In this document: piece by piece, positions 53,002-64,000 of the stretch
Numbering within the stretch: the first letter of the stretch is position 1
Layout of the letters: each line of letters opens with the position of its first letter
NCBI GenBank assembly: GCA_964016885.1
Contig: OZ024745.1
Coordinates: 101,060,001 to 101,124,000 of the forward strand
Direction of reading: 5' to 3'
DNA from: Eledone cirrhosa
Taxonomy: Eukaryota
DNA: 64,000 nt
Notes under the pieces: generated by a model
The model's database searches: none
What the model was told of the DNA's origin: nothing
The model's input: the letters and a program-made list of their open reading frames with translations, nothing else
Made by a program: the position numbers and the translations under genes

Positions 53002-56000
53002 AGCTGCTGGGCAGTTGAATTCAAATACTGTTTGTGATATTGTTTTGTATACACATGTTCACACAAAAGTTGGCACAGAAAACAAGAGCAATAGTAAAAA
53101 AAACGATGTAATCCAACATTTTGTACATTATCTAATTTTACAGAACCATTGGTTTGTGTAAAATAGCAAAAAGATTACTGCTACTTAGTGTTTTGTACAT
53201 TTACTAAAACTGCTTATTATCAACAAACTCATTTTAGGCAAGCATCATAATTTAGTAAAAACAGATAACGCTCGTTAAGCAGACTTAATAAGGGGGAAGA
53301 ACTATTCCATAATTAGTGCATCAGGAGTAAAAAAAGGTTGAAACATATGGACATCTTAAATAAAAACATATGCCCTTTCATTAATGTTTTATTTGTTTTT
53401 GTATATAGTACATATACCTAACTAATAGTACATAAACAAAATAAATTTGTGTTACTTTTTGAAGCACATAGTATATATGATAAACTACATACACTCTCCT
53501 AATTTATTTAAGCAGGAAGAAAAGGGTCAGTCAGTTTGTAAAAGGTTAGACTAGGGGTGAAGCAGTTATAAGTAAATTATATAAGAGGTTAACAGAAAGT
53601 TTGAGAGAACCTCATTTCACTGACTCCCAGCGTGACCATGCTACTCACATGAGGAAGAACTGATAGAGAAGAGAAAGAAGTAGTAATGCTCTTATAGCCC
53701 CTGTTATTGTGATGTATCTGGTGTGAATTAAGATTGATCACTTGACAATTGATGCCTTGCAGCAGGCAAAGTGCAGATTTTCTCAGAGATCCCAACCCCA
53801 TCTCCACACAGTATATTTATAATTTTTATTACTTCTTTGCCCTGATTATATGCTTTGTGCCAACAAATCTTAGTTAATTATTACTGATAACTGACAAGGG
53901 CATAAAGTAAGATAGACTGAATATGAATAATCAAATTTGTCACTGAAATGTCCCTTTATTTCCCCTCTACTACAAAATACTATCACAGAAACAAACAGAG
54001 CCAGACAGAATTTATTATATAAAATACCATCTAATATGTTCTATTACAGGATAATATTATATAAAATGGAATTATTAATTATATTTTTAAAATTCAAAGC
54101 ACGAAGAAAAAAATGTGATAGTGAAAGTGAAAAAAAAAGCACTTTATTATTTTTTAATAATAACGTCAGACTTAACAGTGTTCATGGCTTTTATAGGTTG
54201 TTTACCAGCCTGATGAGATTGATGTGGGCGATGTTCTGTTTGAGCCTCTGTAAAATAGTGTTAGTAGGAAAAACATGGCTTGAAGATAGAATACTAGAGG
54301 GAATTCTAGCAAGTTTGTTTTGGAACAGCGAACGAGTTTGAAAATAGAAATAAAAGCTTTCGCCATATTTTTGATTAAAGAAATTCTAGCCTGATAGTGG
54401 GGATTAAAACCCTCTAAGAAATGGAAAAAGATGAGTATTGATGTATATGGGAGTCTAACCCACATCTTTGATTATTCAAAACACTGTGCTACCATTTGGT
54501 GTAAAGCTTCTATTTCTATTTACTAGAGGGAACAGTTTTGACACAAAGGATTAGGTGATGTGTTAAGTACAATATTCTATGAGAAGGAAAGAGTGGGAGA
54601 AGAAAGGAGGAGGGAATGCTGAGTAAACAAAAGGAGAAGGAGAGAGAACGAGAGAAGAAACAACAGGTCTATAAGATAATTGTTGAAACTTGTTGGTGCC
54701 GCAATCTATACCAGTCAGTTGAATGGCCCCTCCTTTATTGTTCAGTCTACAGTGTTGGTATATGTAGTAGCAACACCAACCAATAGTTGTAAGACGTACA
54801 TCAGCATAAGTCTTATTAGTTTTGCAGGTGGTTTAATAGATCAGAGCTAAAGTATTTGGGTCCAGAGGAACTTTCATTGCTGTGATACAGTTTTTTGACA
54901 ATACTCTCTCTATTATATATATATATGTGTGTGTGTGTGTGAGTGAGTATGCCAGAGCGAGAAATGAAATTCTAATTTTGTTCATATATCTATATCTGTA
55001 TGTACTTATCTGATGACTCCTATGATAAACAGGAGAAACTCCAGATTTAACAAGACTCACTATTTAGTCTTAATAAAATGAATATATATATATATTCTAA
55101 GCTAATATTTATAGCAATTGATTGTGGTTTCAGTTATTTTCTGTTTGGGATTCCTACAATTTCTAAGATTTTCAAAACTACCCAACACCCCGATAGCTTA
55201 TATAGTGTTGTTCATATCGAAAGCTGTTATATATCTATCTAATTCAGATGGGATTGGTTTTCAGAAGTCATTTAGTTCAATGGTTAGAAGACTCAGCTGG
55301 AATTTGAAAGATACTGAGGTTGATTAACCATAGTGGCTGATAGCCACTTTTTCATGTCCATAGGGGTATTTTAACTGTCTTTTTAAGCCATTATATATAT
55401 CAATCGACTGTGGTTATAGTTATTTCTGTATTTGAGATTTGGGTATTTTCTAAGAATTTTAAAACTATCCAACTCTCTGATAGTATATATATATATGGTA
55501 GCTAAGTATATGTTATGTTTATACCATTACTTATTTGTATAGGTAAGTATATATTACCTGCATGTTTTGTGAAGGTACGTATACTTTCTCGTACGTATAT
55601 TTGATTGTATATGTTATGGCATATATATTATATATTCTGGTACATATGCTTTTGGTTATGTGTATACGTGAGTTTTGTGTGTGTGTGTGAGTATGTGGGT
55701 TCATACATATGTAGGGTGTGTGTATATGTGTACTTTGTGTGTTGGTTGACGTACGTCTCTGAACATATGTGTATTTACATGTCGGTATGTGTGTGCGCGC
55801 ATTATATACGTATTTATTTATTTATATACGTTTATTTAATTATATGTATACACGCACACACACATATATATATATATATATATTTGTATGTGTATTTCGT
55901 GAATACATTCGTATGCGTGCGAGTACAGGCGTTGCGTGGGTTCTGTATCTGCGTGCGTTTTTTTGTTTTTTTTTGTGTACGTGCGTGTATTTGTATACCT

Positions 56001-56117
56001 ATGGCGAGTGTTTTCGCGTATATGGATGCGTGTATGTATTTATTTAATTTCAATTACCTCTGTATTTTATTTACTTTATTCTTAACTCTGAAGCCGAGAA
56101 TCATTCGGTTTCCTAGT

Positions 56118-56633
56118 TAGAATTTTAGTCTACGACTTCAATTATACCATTTACGTGGTTTTGTCTTTGCGTGCAATTGTTCTCCCCGCTCCACTTATGA
56201 CGTATTTTCTTCGTTTTTTTCCGTTCATTTCCAGAGAACGTCTCTATGAACCACCTAATAGAATATTAGTCTACGACTTCTTTTATACCATAAACATGGT
56301 TTTGTCTTTGCGTGTAATTGTTTTTCACCGCTCCAAATAATGACGTATTATATTCGTTTTTTCCCGTTCTTTGCCAGGGAACGTTTCCACGAACCAATGT
56401 ATCGTCTTCCTGTCTTCCTCCGGTTGCAACGTTTTTTTAAATATTCACTTCTGCGTTCACAGATTGACTTTGTTAGTTTCAGAAGATCCCGTTAAGGGTG
56501 AAAGCAGCGATTCTTTGCTTAAACTTTAATCTGTTATTTTAATAAATATTTGCTCTACGGTTCTTATATATTTGATATATATTTATCCTTATCGAGCCCT
56601 CTTTGGATTTTAGTCTTCAATTGTATTATTACT
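56118..56633 (+). mobile_element. Probable Penelope-like terminal region: 141-bp tandem duplication, degenerate hammerhead-like core and multicopy tail
   Basis: Repeat units at 56118-56258 and 56259-56397; CAGAAGA-tccc(gttaa)gggt-GAAA at 56480-56503; tail tcgagccctctttggattttagtcttcaa also at 12471 and, inverted, at 18894-18936. Confidence 0.45.
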
Positions 56634-56939
56634 ATATATATATATATATATATATAGCATGCCATTTCTTCTACTACTACTACTACTACCTAACTCTCTC
56701 CTCCCCCGTCCCAGCCCAACATACCCTGCCATTATTACCACCACCACTGTTCTAGCCCTGAATTTTTCCTACCAGTATGGATGGATGAGCTGAGAATAAA
56801 TTGGAGCAACTCTGAATTAATAGATGAAATGAATATGAATCCGCGAGCTACCAAGCACCCATGTGAAGCACCAATCCAGAGAGAGGATGCACACACACAC
56901 ACCTATGCAAAAACCGACCCTTCCCTACGAGTGTCGACA

Positions 56940-59900
56940 AATTCCCAAAACTCCGAGTTGGTACCATCAATGTAAGCACGATGAAAGGAAGAGCAGGAGA
57001 AATCATAGAGATGCTAGAGCGAAAGGAAATTGATGTATGCTGTCTGCAAGAGAATAGATGGAGAGGAGAGTCTGCTAGAGTCCTTTTAGGAAAAAGTCGG
57101 TGCTACAAATTTTTATGGGTGGGAAATGACGATGGGATGGGTGGTGTAGGTATACTACTAGCTGACAAGTGGGTAGATAAAGTAATCTCAGTGTACAGGG
57201 TAAATGCAAGAATCATTAAACTCAGACTAGTCCTGAATAAAATAATTACCACAATAACATCAGCTTACGCACCCCAATCGGGGTTGCCAGACGAACTTAA
57301 GGATAGATTTTACGAGTCCCTAATGCACACTACTGCTCTAACAAACGACAATGACTTCCTAATGATCGCAGGAGATTTTAATGGACACGTAGGTAAACAC
57401 TGTGACGGCACAAGAAATGAAGAAGGATTCAGACTTCTAGAATTCTGCGACGCCAATGACATGTCGATATGTAACACAAACTTTAAAAAACCCGACAACC
57501 ACCTGATCACATATAGATCAGGGGAGCATTCTAGTCAGATAGATTTTATCCTCATCAGAGGACGCGACAGAAGGACAGTCGTAAACACAAAAGCCTTCCC
57601 TAGTGAGGAACGTACCTCCCAACATAGCTTAGTTGTCAGCGACTTCACAGTTAGAACTAGACGAACCTGGAAACAGAGGCCAACCTGGAGGAGAAAGATC
57701 TGGAAGCGAAAGACCCCTCAGGCAGTAACAGATTTAAAGATATTTTACTCAATGCCTACGACAGTAAAGAAGAACAGATAGAGACATTCAATGTAGAAGA
57801 GCACTGGGAGTTCCTAAAAAATAACTTACTAGAGGCGACAGATGAGGTCTGTGGCTGGAGTAAGACCACAAGCAGGAGCAGAGTGACTTGGTGGTGGAAC
57901 AATAAGGTAGATGAGGCAGTTAAGGCCAAGAGACAGGCATGGAAAGAATGGAAGAATGGGAGGGGGGGAGCAGGGTACATTACATAGAGACCAAGAGGGA
58001 AGCTAGGCGACAAGTATACTTAGTTAGGAGGGAAGCAGAGGATAGAAAATTCAAGCATGTTTTGCAACGCGAGGACCAGAAACAGGAGGTGTTCAAGATT
58101 GCGAGGCAGTGTGTCAGAGAGAATTGTGATGTCATTGGAGAGAAGTGTATCCGGAATGATAAAGGTGAGCTTGCCCTCACAAGTGCTGAGAAGAAAGATG
58201 CATGGAAGAGTCATTATGATAGATTACTAAATGAGGAGAATGCATGGGAAGAAGAGACCCTACCCCAAGTAGACCCTATAGAGGACCAGCAGTACAAGTC
58301 AGCAGCAGCGTAGTAAGTAAGGCAATCAAAGATATGAAGATGGGGAAGGCAACCGGTCCATTGGGTATAGCTGCCGAGATGCTGAAGGCATCTGGGTCTG
58401 TAGGTCACACTATAACCACACGTATTGTTAACCAGGTAATACTAGAAGGTGTCATTCCAAAAGATTGGTGCAGTAGCATCATTGTCAACTGCTACAAAGG
58501 TAAAGGTGATGCACTCGATAGAGGAAACTATAGAAGTATAAAGCTGATGGACCAGGTCATGAAAATAACAGAAAGAGTTATAGCACAGTTGATTAGGGAC
58601 CGGGTGAAACTAGATGAGATGCAATTTGGGTTTGTACCAGGAAGAGGCACCACTGATGCCCTCTTCCTTGTGAGGCAGTTACAGGAAAAGTACCTAGCTA
58701 AAAGTAAGCAACTCTACCTGGCATTCATCGATCTCAAGAAAGCCTTTGACAGAGTTCCACGTGCTGTAATCTGGTGGGCTCTTAGAAAACTAGGAGTAGA
58801 TGAATGGCTTGTGAAAGCTGTACAAGCCATGTATAGGGGAGCAGTCAGCAATGAGTATAGCGAGGAATTTAGCGTACAAGTTGGGGTCCACCAGGGCTCT
58901 GTTCTTAGCCCTCTCCTGTTCATCATAGTCCTGCAGGAAATAACGGAGGAGTTTAAGACCAGATGCCCATGGGACCTCGCACTTATAGCCGAATCTATGG
59001 TAGAACTAGAGAAGAAATTCCAAACTTGGAAGCAGGAACTAGAAAGAAAGGGTCTCAAAGTCAACATGACAAAGACTAAGGTCCTTGTAAGTAGACGAGA
59101 AAACAGAACCCAGATCCCCTCAGGGAAATGGCCTTGCTCAGTATGTAGGAAAGGTGTAGGTAGGAACTCCATTCTCTGTCCCAAATGCAAACAATGGGTA
59201 CACAAGAGATGTAGCAGGATCTCAGGAAGCTTAATTAAGAATGTAGGCTTCACATGCAGCAGCTGTACTGGGACAGCAAGCAGCAAACAGCCACAGGAAA
59301 CAAGTACCACCAATCTCTGGGAGGGCTCTGTAGAGACAGTAGACAGCTTCTGCTACCTAGGTGACCGAATTAGCAGCGGAGGTGGGTGTTCAGAAAGTAC
59401 AATAACTAGGGTAAGAACGGGATGGAAGAAGTTCAGGGAACTACTACCACTGCGAGCTGCAAAAGGCTTCTCCCTCAAAATGAAAGGCAGACTGTATGAT
59501 GCGTGTATTCAAACAGCAATGTTACATGGTAGTGAGACCTGGGCGCTGAAGGTGGAAGACTTACGTAGATTAGAGAGAAACGAAGCCTGCATGCTCCGAT
59601 GGATGTGTAATAGTAATATACGCGAACGACAAAGCATAAATGAATTGAGAGAGAGACTGAGCATAAGAGGAATCAAATGCTGTGTGCAGGAGAGGCGGCT
59701 GCATTGGTATGGACATGTGATGCGTATGAAGAACAGCTGCATAAAAAGGTGCAGAGCACTAGAAGTCGATGGAAACCGCGGAGGGGGAGACCCAAGATGA
59801 CCTGGGATGAGGTGATAAAAGCCGACCTTACCCAATTACACCTCTCAAAGGCAATGACACACGACCGTGACCACTGGCGTCACGCAGTAATACAGAGTAC

Positions 59901-60226
59901 CCGACCTCCCACGGGTATCGGAGCCGAAGCTGAAGTATATAGACACTATTCCCCCACACCCTCCCACTGCAAGTGGTCGTGGAGGTGCCATGGCAAAAAA
60001 GCACCCAGCCCACACTGTAAAGTGGACGTGTAGGCGCCACGAAAAAGCACCCAGCACTCACTGTAAATGAGGTTGGTGTTAGGAAGGGCATCCAGCTGTA
60101 GAAATCAAGCCAAATCAGTTCCTGTAGAAGCAAGGCATGGTCAGCCGACCAGACACTGCCCACAACAGGACAACCCGTGTAACCCATGCTAGCGTGGAAG
60201 AATGGACGTAAAACGGTGATGATGAT
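56940..60226 (+). mobile_element. RTE-type LINE, near full length, disrupted (APE + RT + PHD-like finger)
   Basis: KLRVGTINV, CLQE, SAYAPQ, GDFNGH, SQIDFIL; RT motifs QFGF, FIDLKKAFD and QGSVLSP, but the YADD motif is broken by a deletion (CPW|DLAL). Frameshifts present; long 3' UTR ending (GAT)n. Confidence 0.95.
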
Positions 60227-60246
60227 ATATGTATATATCAATATTG

Positions 60247-60587
60247 CACCTCTCAACGGCGATGACACAGGACCATGACCTCTGGCGTCACGCAGTAATA
60301 CAGAAGACTTGACTTCCCATGGGAACAAGCCGAAGCTGAAGCATATAGACTTATGCCCCCATCCCCTCCCACTGCAAAGTGGTCGTAGAGGTGTCACGGC
60401 AAAAAAGCAACCAGCACTGACTGTAAATGAGGTTGGTGTTAGGAAGGGCATCCAGCAGTAGAAATCAAGCCCAAATCAGTTCCCATATGAGCAAGACAAG
60501 GTCACTCGACTTAACATCGTCCACAACAGGACAACCCGCCCAACCCATGCTAGTGTGGAAGAATGGACGTAAAACAGTGATGATGAT
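60247..60587 (+). mobile_element. Second 3' end of the same RTE family, directly downstream
   Basis: Repeats 59838-60226 (cacctctcaa...ctggcgtcacgcagtaatacag...aatggacgtaaaac) with divergence. Confidence 0.85.
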
Positions 60588-60737
60588 TATATATATATAT
60601 ATTTATGATGTGCTCATACACAGAGATGTTATAAAATAGCTATTTCATAGCACCTCTGCACATGAGCAAATCATCCGTTATATTATTTCTATATTCTCAG
60701 CACTTCAAATCACAATCTCTCGGCTACATACGCTTTT

Positions 60738-60781
<44 letters not shown>

Positions 60782-60783
<2 letters not shown>

Positions 60784-61084
60784 CATATGCCTTAGTGGTT
60801 AGAGCATTGGCCTTGCAATCGAAAGGTTGAGAGTTCAATTCTCAGACTGTGTGATGTGTTGTTTCCTTGAGCAAGACACTTTATTTCACATTGCTCCAGT
60901 TTACTCAGCTGTAGAAATGAGATGATAGGGACTGGGGTCCCTATCATTCCACTGCAAAGTGGTTGTGGAGGTGCCACGGCAAAAAAGCACCCAGCACTCA
61001 CTGTAAATGAGGTTGGTGTTAGGAAGGGCATCCAGCTGTAGAAATCAACCCAGAATCAGTTCCCGTCCCACCCTTGCAAGCAGG
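60782..61084 (+). mobile_element. SINE family B
   Basis: ttagtggttagagc A-box region, ctTGCaa loop, gagttcaattc B box, ccttgagcaagacac central domain, RTE-like 3' end; flanked by (GA)n. Confidence 0.88.
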
Positions 61085-61097
61085 GGAAAGTGGACGT

Positions 61098-61129
<32 letters not shown>

Positions 61130-61901
61130 TTGTTATACGAGATCAGCGGTGTTGAAGATTAGCAATTGCAGCCACTAAGATTTTTATTTCTTTTACCATC
61201 ATTTGTTATTTAACCTTATTGATAACAGGCATTTCTCATGGGACATGGTAACTGATAGCTCAGATGCCCAGGTGCTTTTGACAACTCATTTGCTTTGAAC
61301 TTACAACTGAAATTCCAATTACATTTTCAATTAATCATACTGAAGTGATTAACTCTCTATTTAGTGCATATCTGCTATGCTTTACTACACTCCAGATATT
61401 CCAGATATAGTTAGTCTTTTGTATAGCAACACTACCCCTTTATTTCTAACAAATGCATTAGTTCATTCACTTTTATTGAGCCACCATAAATTCTAGTTAC
61501 TATACTAGCAGTAGATATCCTTTCAGAACCAATTATATAACCAAGGCAACACAACTTATTTACCAGTTCCAGCAAACCATCCAAGATATCTCATGTTATC
61601 CATGCTTGGCTGCTTAAGTACATGTGTAAATATTTAAAATCCAGTAACATTCTTAGTGCATAGCAGACTGTACACTATACATACATTATTGTCATTTACA
61701 CCTTACCCCCTTTATGAAAATACTGTATAGCCATCTCTCTGAATGTTTGGTTATCATGCAAGCTTTGACTCAACTATTAACTATTATATTTCAATTTTTT
61801 CTGTAGTCCATGGATTATTTTACATAGTATACTATGATGCATGGTAGTGAGACATGGGCCATGAAAGCAGATTTTTTTTATACACTGGACAGGAATGTCA
61901 C

Positions 61902-62230
61902 GTGGTTAGAGCATTGGCCTTGCAATCGAAAGGTTGTGAGTTCAATTCTCAGACCGGGTGATATGTTGTTTCCTTGAGCAAGACACTTTATTTCACATTG
62001 CTCCAGTTTTTTCAGCTGTAGAAATGAGATGATAGGGACTAGGGTCCATATCATTCCACTGTAAAGTGGTCGTGGAGGTGCCACAGCAAAAAAAGCACCC
62101 AGCATTCACTGTAAATGAGGTTAGTGTTAGGAAGGGCATCCAGCTGTAGAAATCAAGCCAGAATCAGTTCCCGTCCCACCCTTGCAAGCAGGGAAATGTG
62201 GACGTAAAATGATGATGATGATGATGATGA
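61902..62230 (+). mobile_element. SINE family B
   Basis: Near-identical to 60795-61084, with a (GAT)n tail. Confidence 0.88.
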
Positions 62231-62231
62231 T

Positions 62232-62920
62232 GCTCTGCTGGCTGTGTTTGTAATGTTAGCATGCATCACTGACAGTGAAAAGCTGAGTATAAGAGGAATC
62301 AGATGTAGTGTGCAAGCAAAAAAACTTTGTACTGATATGAACATATGATGCCTAAAGAGAGTGGCTGTGGAAAATGAAGACCAAGGAAACATCGGACAAA
62401 GTTATGTAGAATGATATCAAGAAACCGAGTCTCATGTTGGAAATGACATAGAGATCATGATTGTTGACTTGCCATGTTAGAAAACATTTGCCCACCAATA
62501 CAAGCACAATGATGCTAAATAAATAAGTGGTAAGGGATTGGAGTCCCTTTTTACCTTGCAGTTGGTGGGATAGGTTGACAAACAAAGTCAAAATAGAGTA
62601 GAGAATACCTGGTTTGATCAAGAACCTGACAACCTCTCTAGTGCTGGTGCCATGATAAAATACACCCAATACACTTTCTAAAGTGGTAGTATGAGTGCCA
62701 TGATAAAAAGCACCCAATACATTCTGTAAAGAGGTAGTGCTGGTGCCATAATAAAATGCCTATATACACTTTTTAAATGATTAGTTTTAGGAAGAGCATC
62801 CAATTGTAGAAACCATACCAAAATATGGAAGATATAATCAAGAGGTCGTTTTATCTGAGAATGTCTTATCATTGACCATGATGGCCCTTCCAATACATGT
62901 CAGATTGGAAAACATGTAAA
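62232..62920 (+). mobile_element. Old RTE 3' fragment with three tandem gtgctggtgccatgataaaa units
   Basis: aagctgagtataagaggaatcagatg (KLSIRGIR) homology; repeated units at about 62641, 62688 and 62737. Confidence 0.6.
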
Positions 62921-63576
62921 ATGAGTAAACCAGGCTGTTGCAACCATATATTAGTAATCCAAATAGGTGTCTTTTTCTGAACTCCTTCATAGTGTTTGAA
63001 GTATAAAGATGAGGAATGAATTTAGGTAGATCTGTACCTTCCAATTGTACCTCAAATTTGTCTTTTTATCCTAACTGCTTTTAATGACATTATACAAGAG
63101 TACTTTTAAGTGGTGATTCCACTTGCTAGAAATAGCTACCAAAACTCAAACTACTTTCTTTAGAAAAAAATGAAAAACACATTGGAAAGGGCAGTCCCAG
63201 AAAGATATTATGCATAAAAAAAAGAAATGACCAGAACACTTTTCATCATAGGTCTGCTTGATTACAGCTTACATGGGGCTAAACAACAACAGTAGATCAA
63301 TTCAAAAGACTAGATTTAAACTGATACAATAAATTTTGAACTCATTAGTATTAAATAAAAGAGTACATAAGAATATATTAATGGTATATAACAGGCACAA
63401 AATAACATTTTGGGGTCTTATAAAGTGAAAGTATTTTAAATAATTATATATAATATAAATGCAAGGACAAACTTGACTGAGGCATAATTTGAAGTCAGAA
63501 TATACAAGGACATATATAACTAATTCTCTCAAGAAAATGTTGTCCCTTGAAGAGATTTATAAAGAAACCAGTGCAA

Positions 63577-64000
63577 TCTATATATATAAAACTGTGGTTG
63601 TCTGTCTGTCTATCGATTTTTGGCACACATCTCCTCTTAGAATCTCTCACGGAATTGCACCGAAATTGCTATACTTGTACATTGAGCCCTAGCGAAGACA
63701 TCGGAAAAAAAATATTTCAAATTGACCCACCCTATGTGACGAAATCGAATATAATGTATCGATTTTTTAGCGTAAGTTATCAGTTATTTCCCTTTGTTCT
63801 GTTTACATTGAGCGTCTTACGTAAAAAATTACGCTGGCTTTCTCAGCGTTTAAAATGACATTAACACAATACACGAACAGTTGAACACTAAGCTTCCGTT
63901 TTGCTTCATTTCCATTTAAAATCATTTTAAAACAATATTTTTACTTGAAAACAAGTCTATTTAAAGACTACGTAAAACAAGCAAATATTTCGTCGTTAGG
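63577..64000 (+). mobile_element. Possible non-autonomous Helitron 5' part
   Basis: A|TCTATATATATAAAA start followed by (GTCT)n, typical of small Helitrons; 3' end not visible in the window. Confidence 0.4.

Noticed and set aside
53065-53128. Candidate signal-peptide exon MYKMLDYIVFFTIALVFCANF for the Ly6 gene (minus strand, phase 1)
   Set aside because: The donor T|gtgtga is weak and similar candidates arise by chance (e.g. near 61.6 kb); the first exon is left unassigned and may lie outside the window.
54170-54540. Possible very old LINE fragment on the minus strand
   Set aside because: No diagnostic motif could be read with confidence.
58244-59800. 518-aa RT ORF as an active or domesticated gene
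   Set aside because: The catalytic YADD motif is broken by a deletion and the ORF is frameshifted from the APE domain.

Overview
AT-rich, repeat-dense eukaryotic DNA. The SINE/RTE repertoire and abundant (TA)n tracts suggest an octopus-like cephalopod (inference). One protein-coding gene is supportable: a minus-strand Ly6/uPAR three-finger, probably GPI-anchored protein of the boudin type. Its two visible coding exons (43761-43925 and 6646-6866) are joined by a 36.9 kb phase-1 GT-AG intron; the signal-peptide exon was not confidently found. The rest is mostly mobile DNA: two near-full-length but broken RTE-type LINEs with a PHD-like finger, many RTE 3' fragments, CRE-like and CR1-like fragments, tRNA-derived SINEs (one tandem array), an internally deleted DD37D-like mariner, and piggyBac-, hAT- and Tc1-type MITEs. 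The most unusual signal is a set of short non-coding elements in or beside (TA)n tracts. They combine long fold-back palindromes (about 50-178 bp arms) with type-I hammerhead ribozyme motifs (CTGANGA...GAAA...TH) and a shared 3' ACTC...GAGT hairpin. At least three palindromic families are present, plus stand-alone hammerheads. They are best read as Penelope-like/retrozyme-type elements whose cDNA folds back on itself. All alignments and folds were done by eye.
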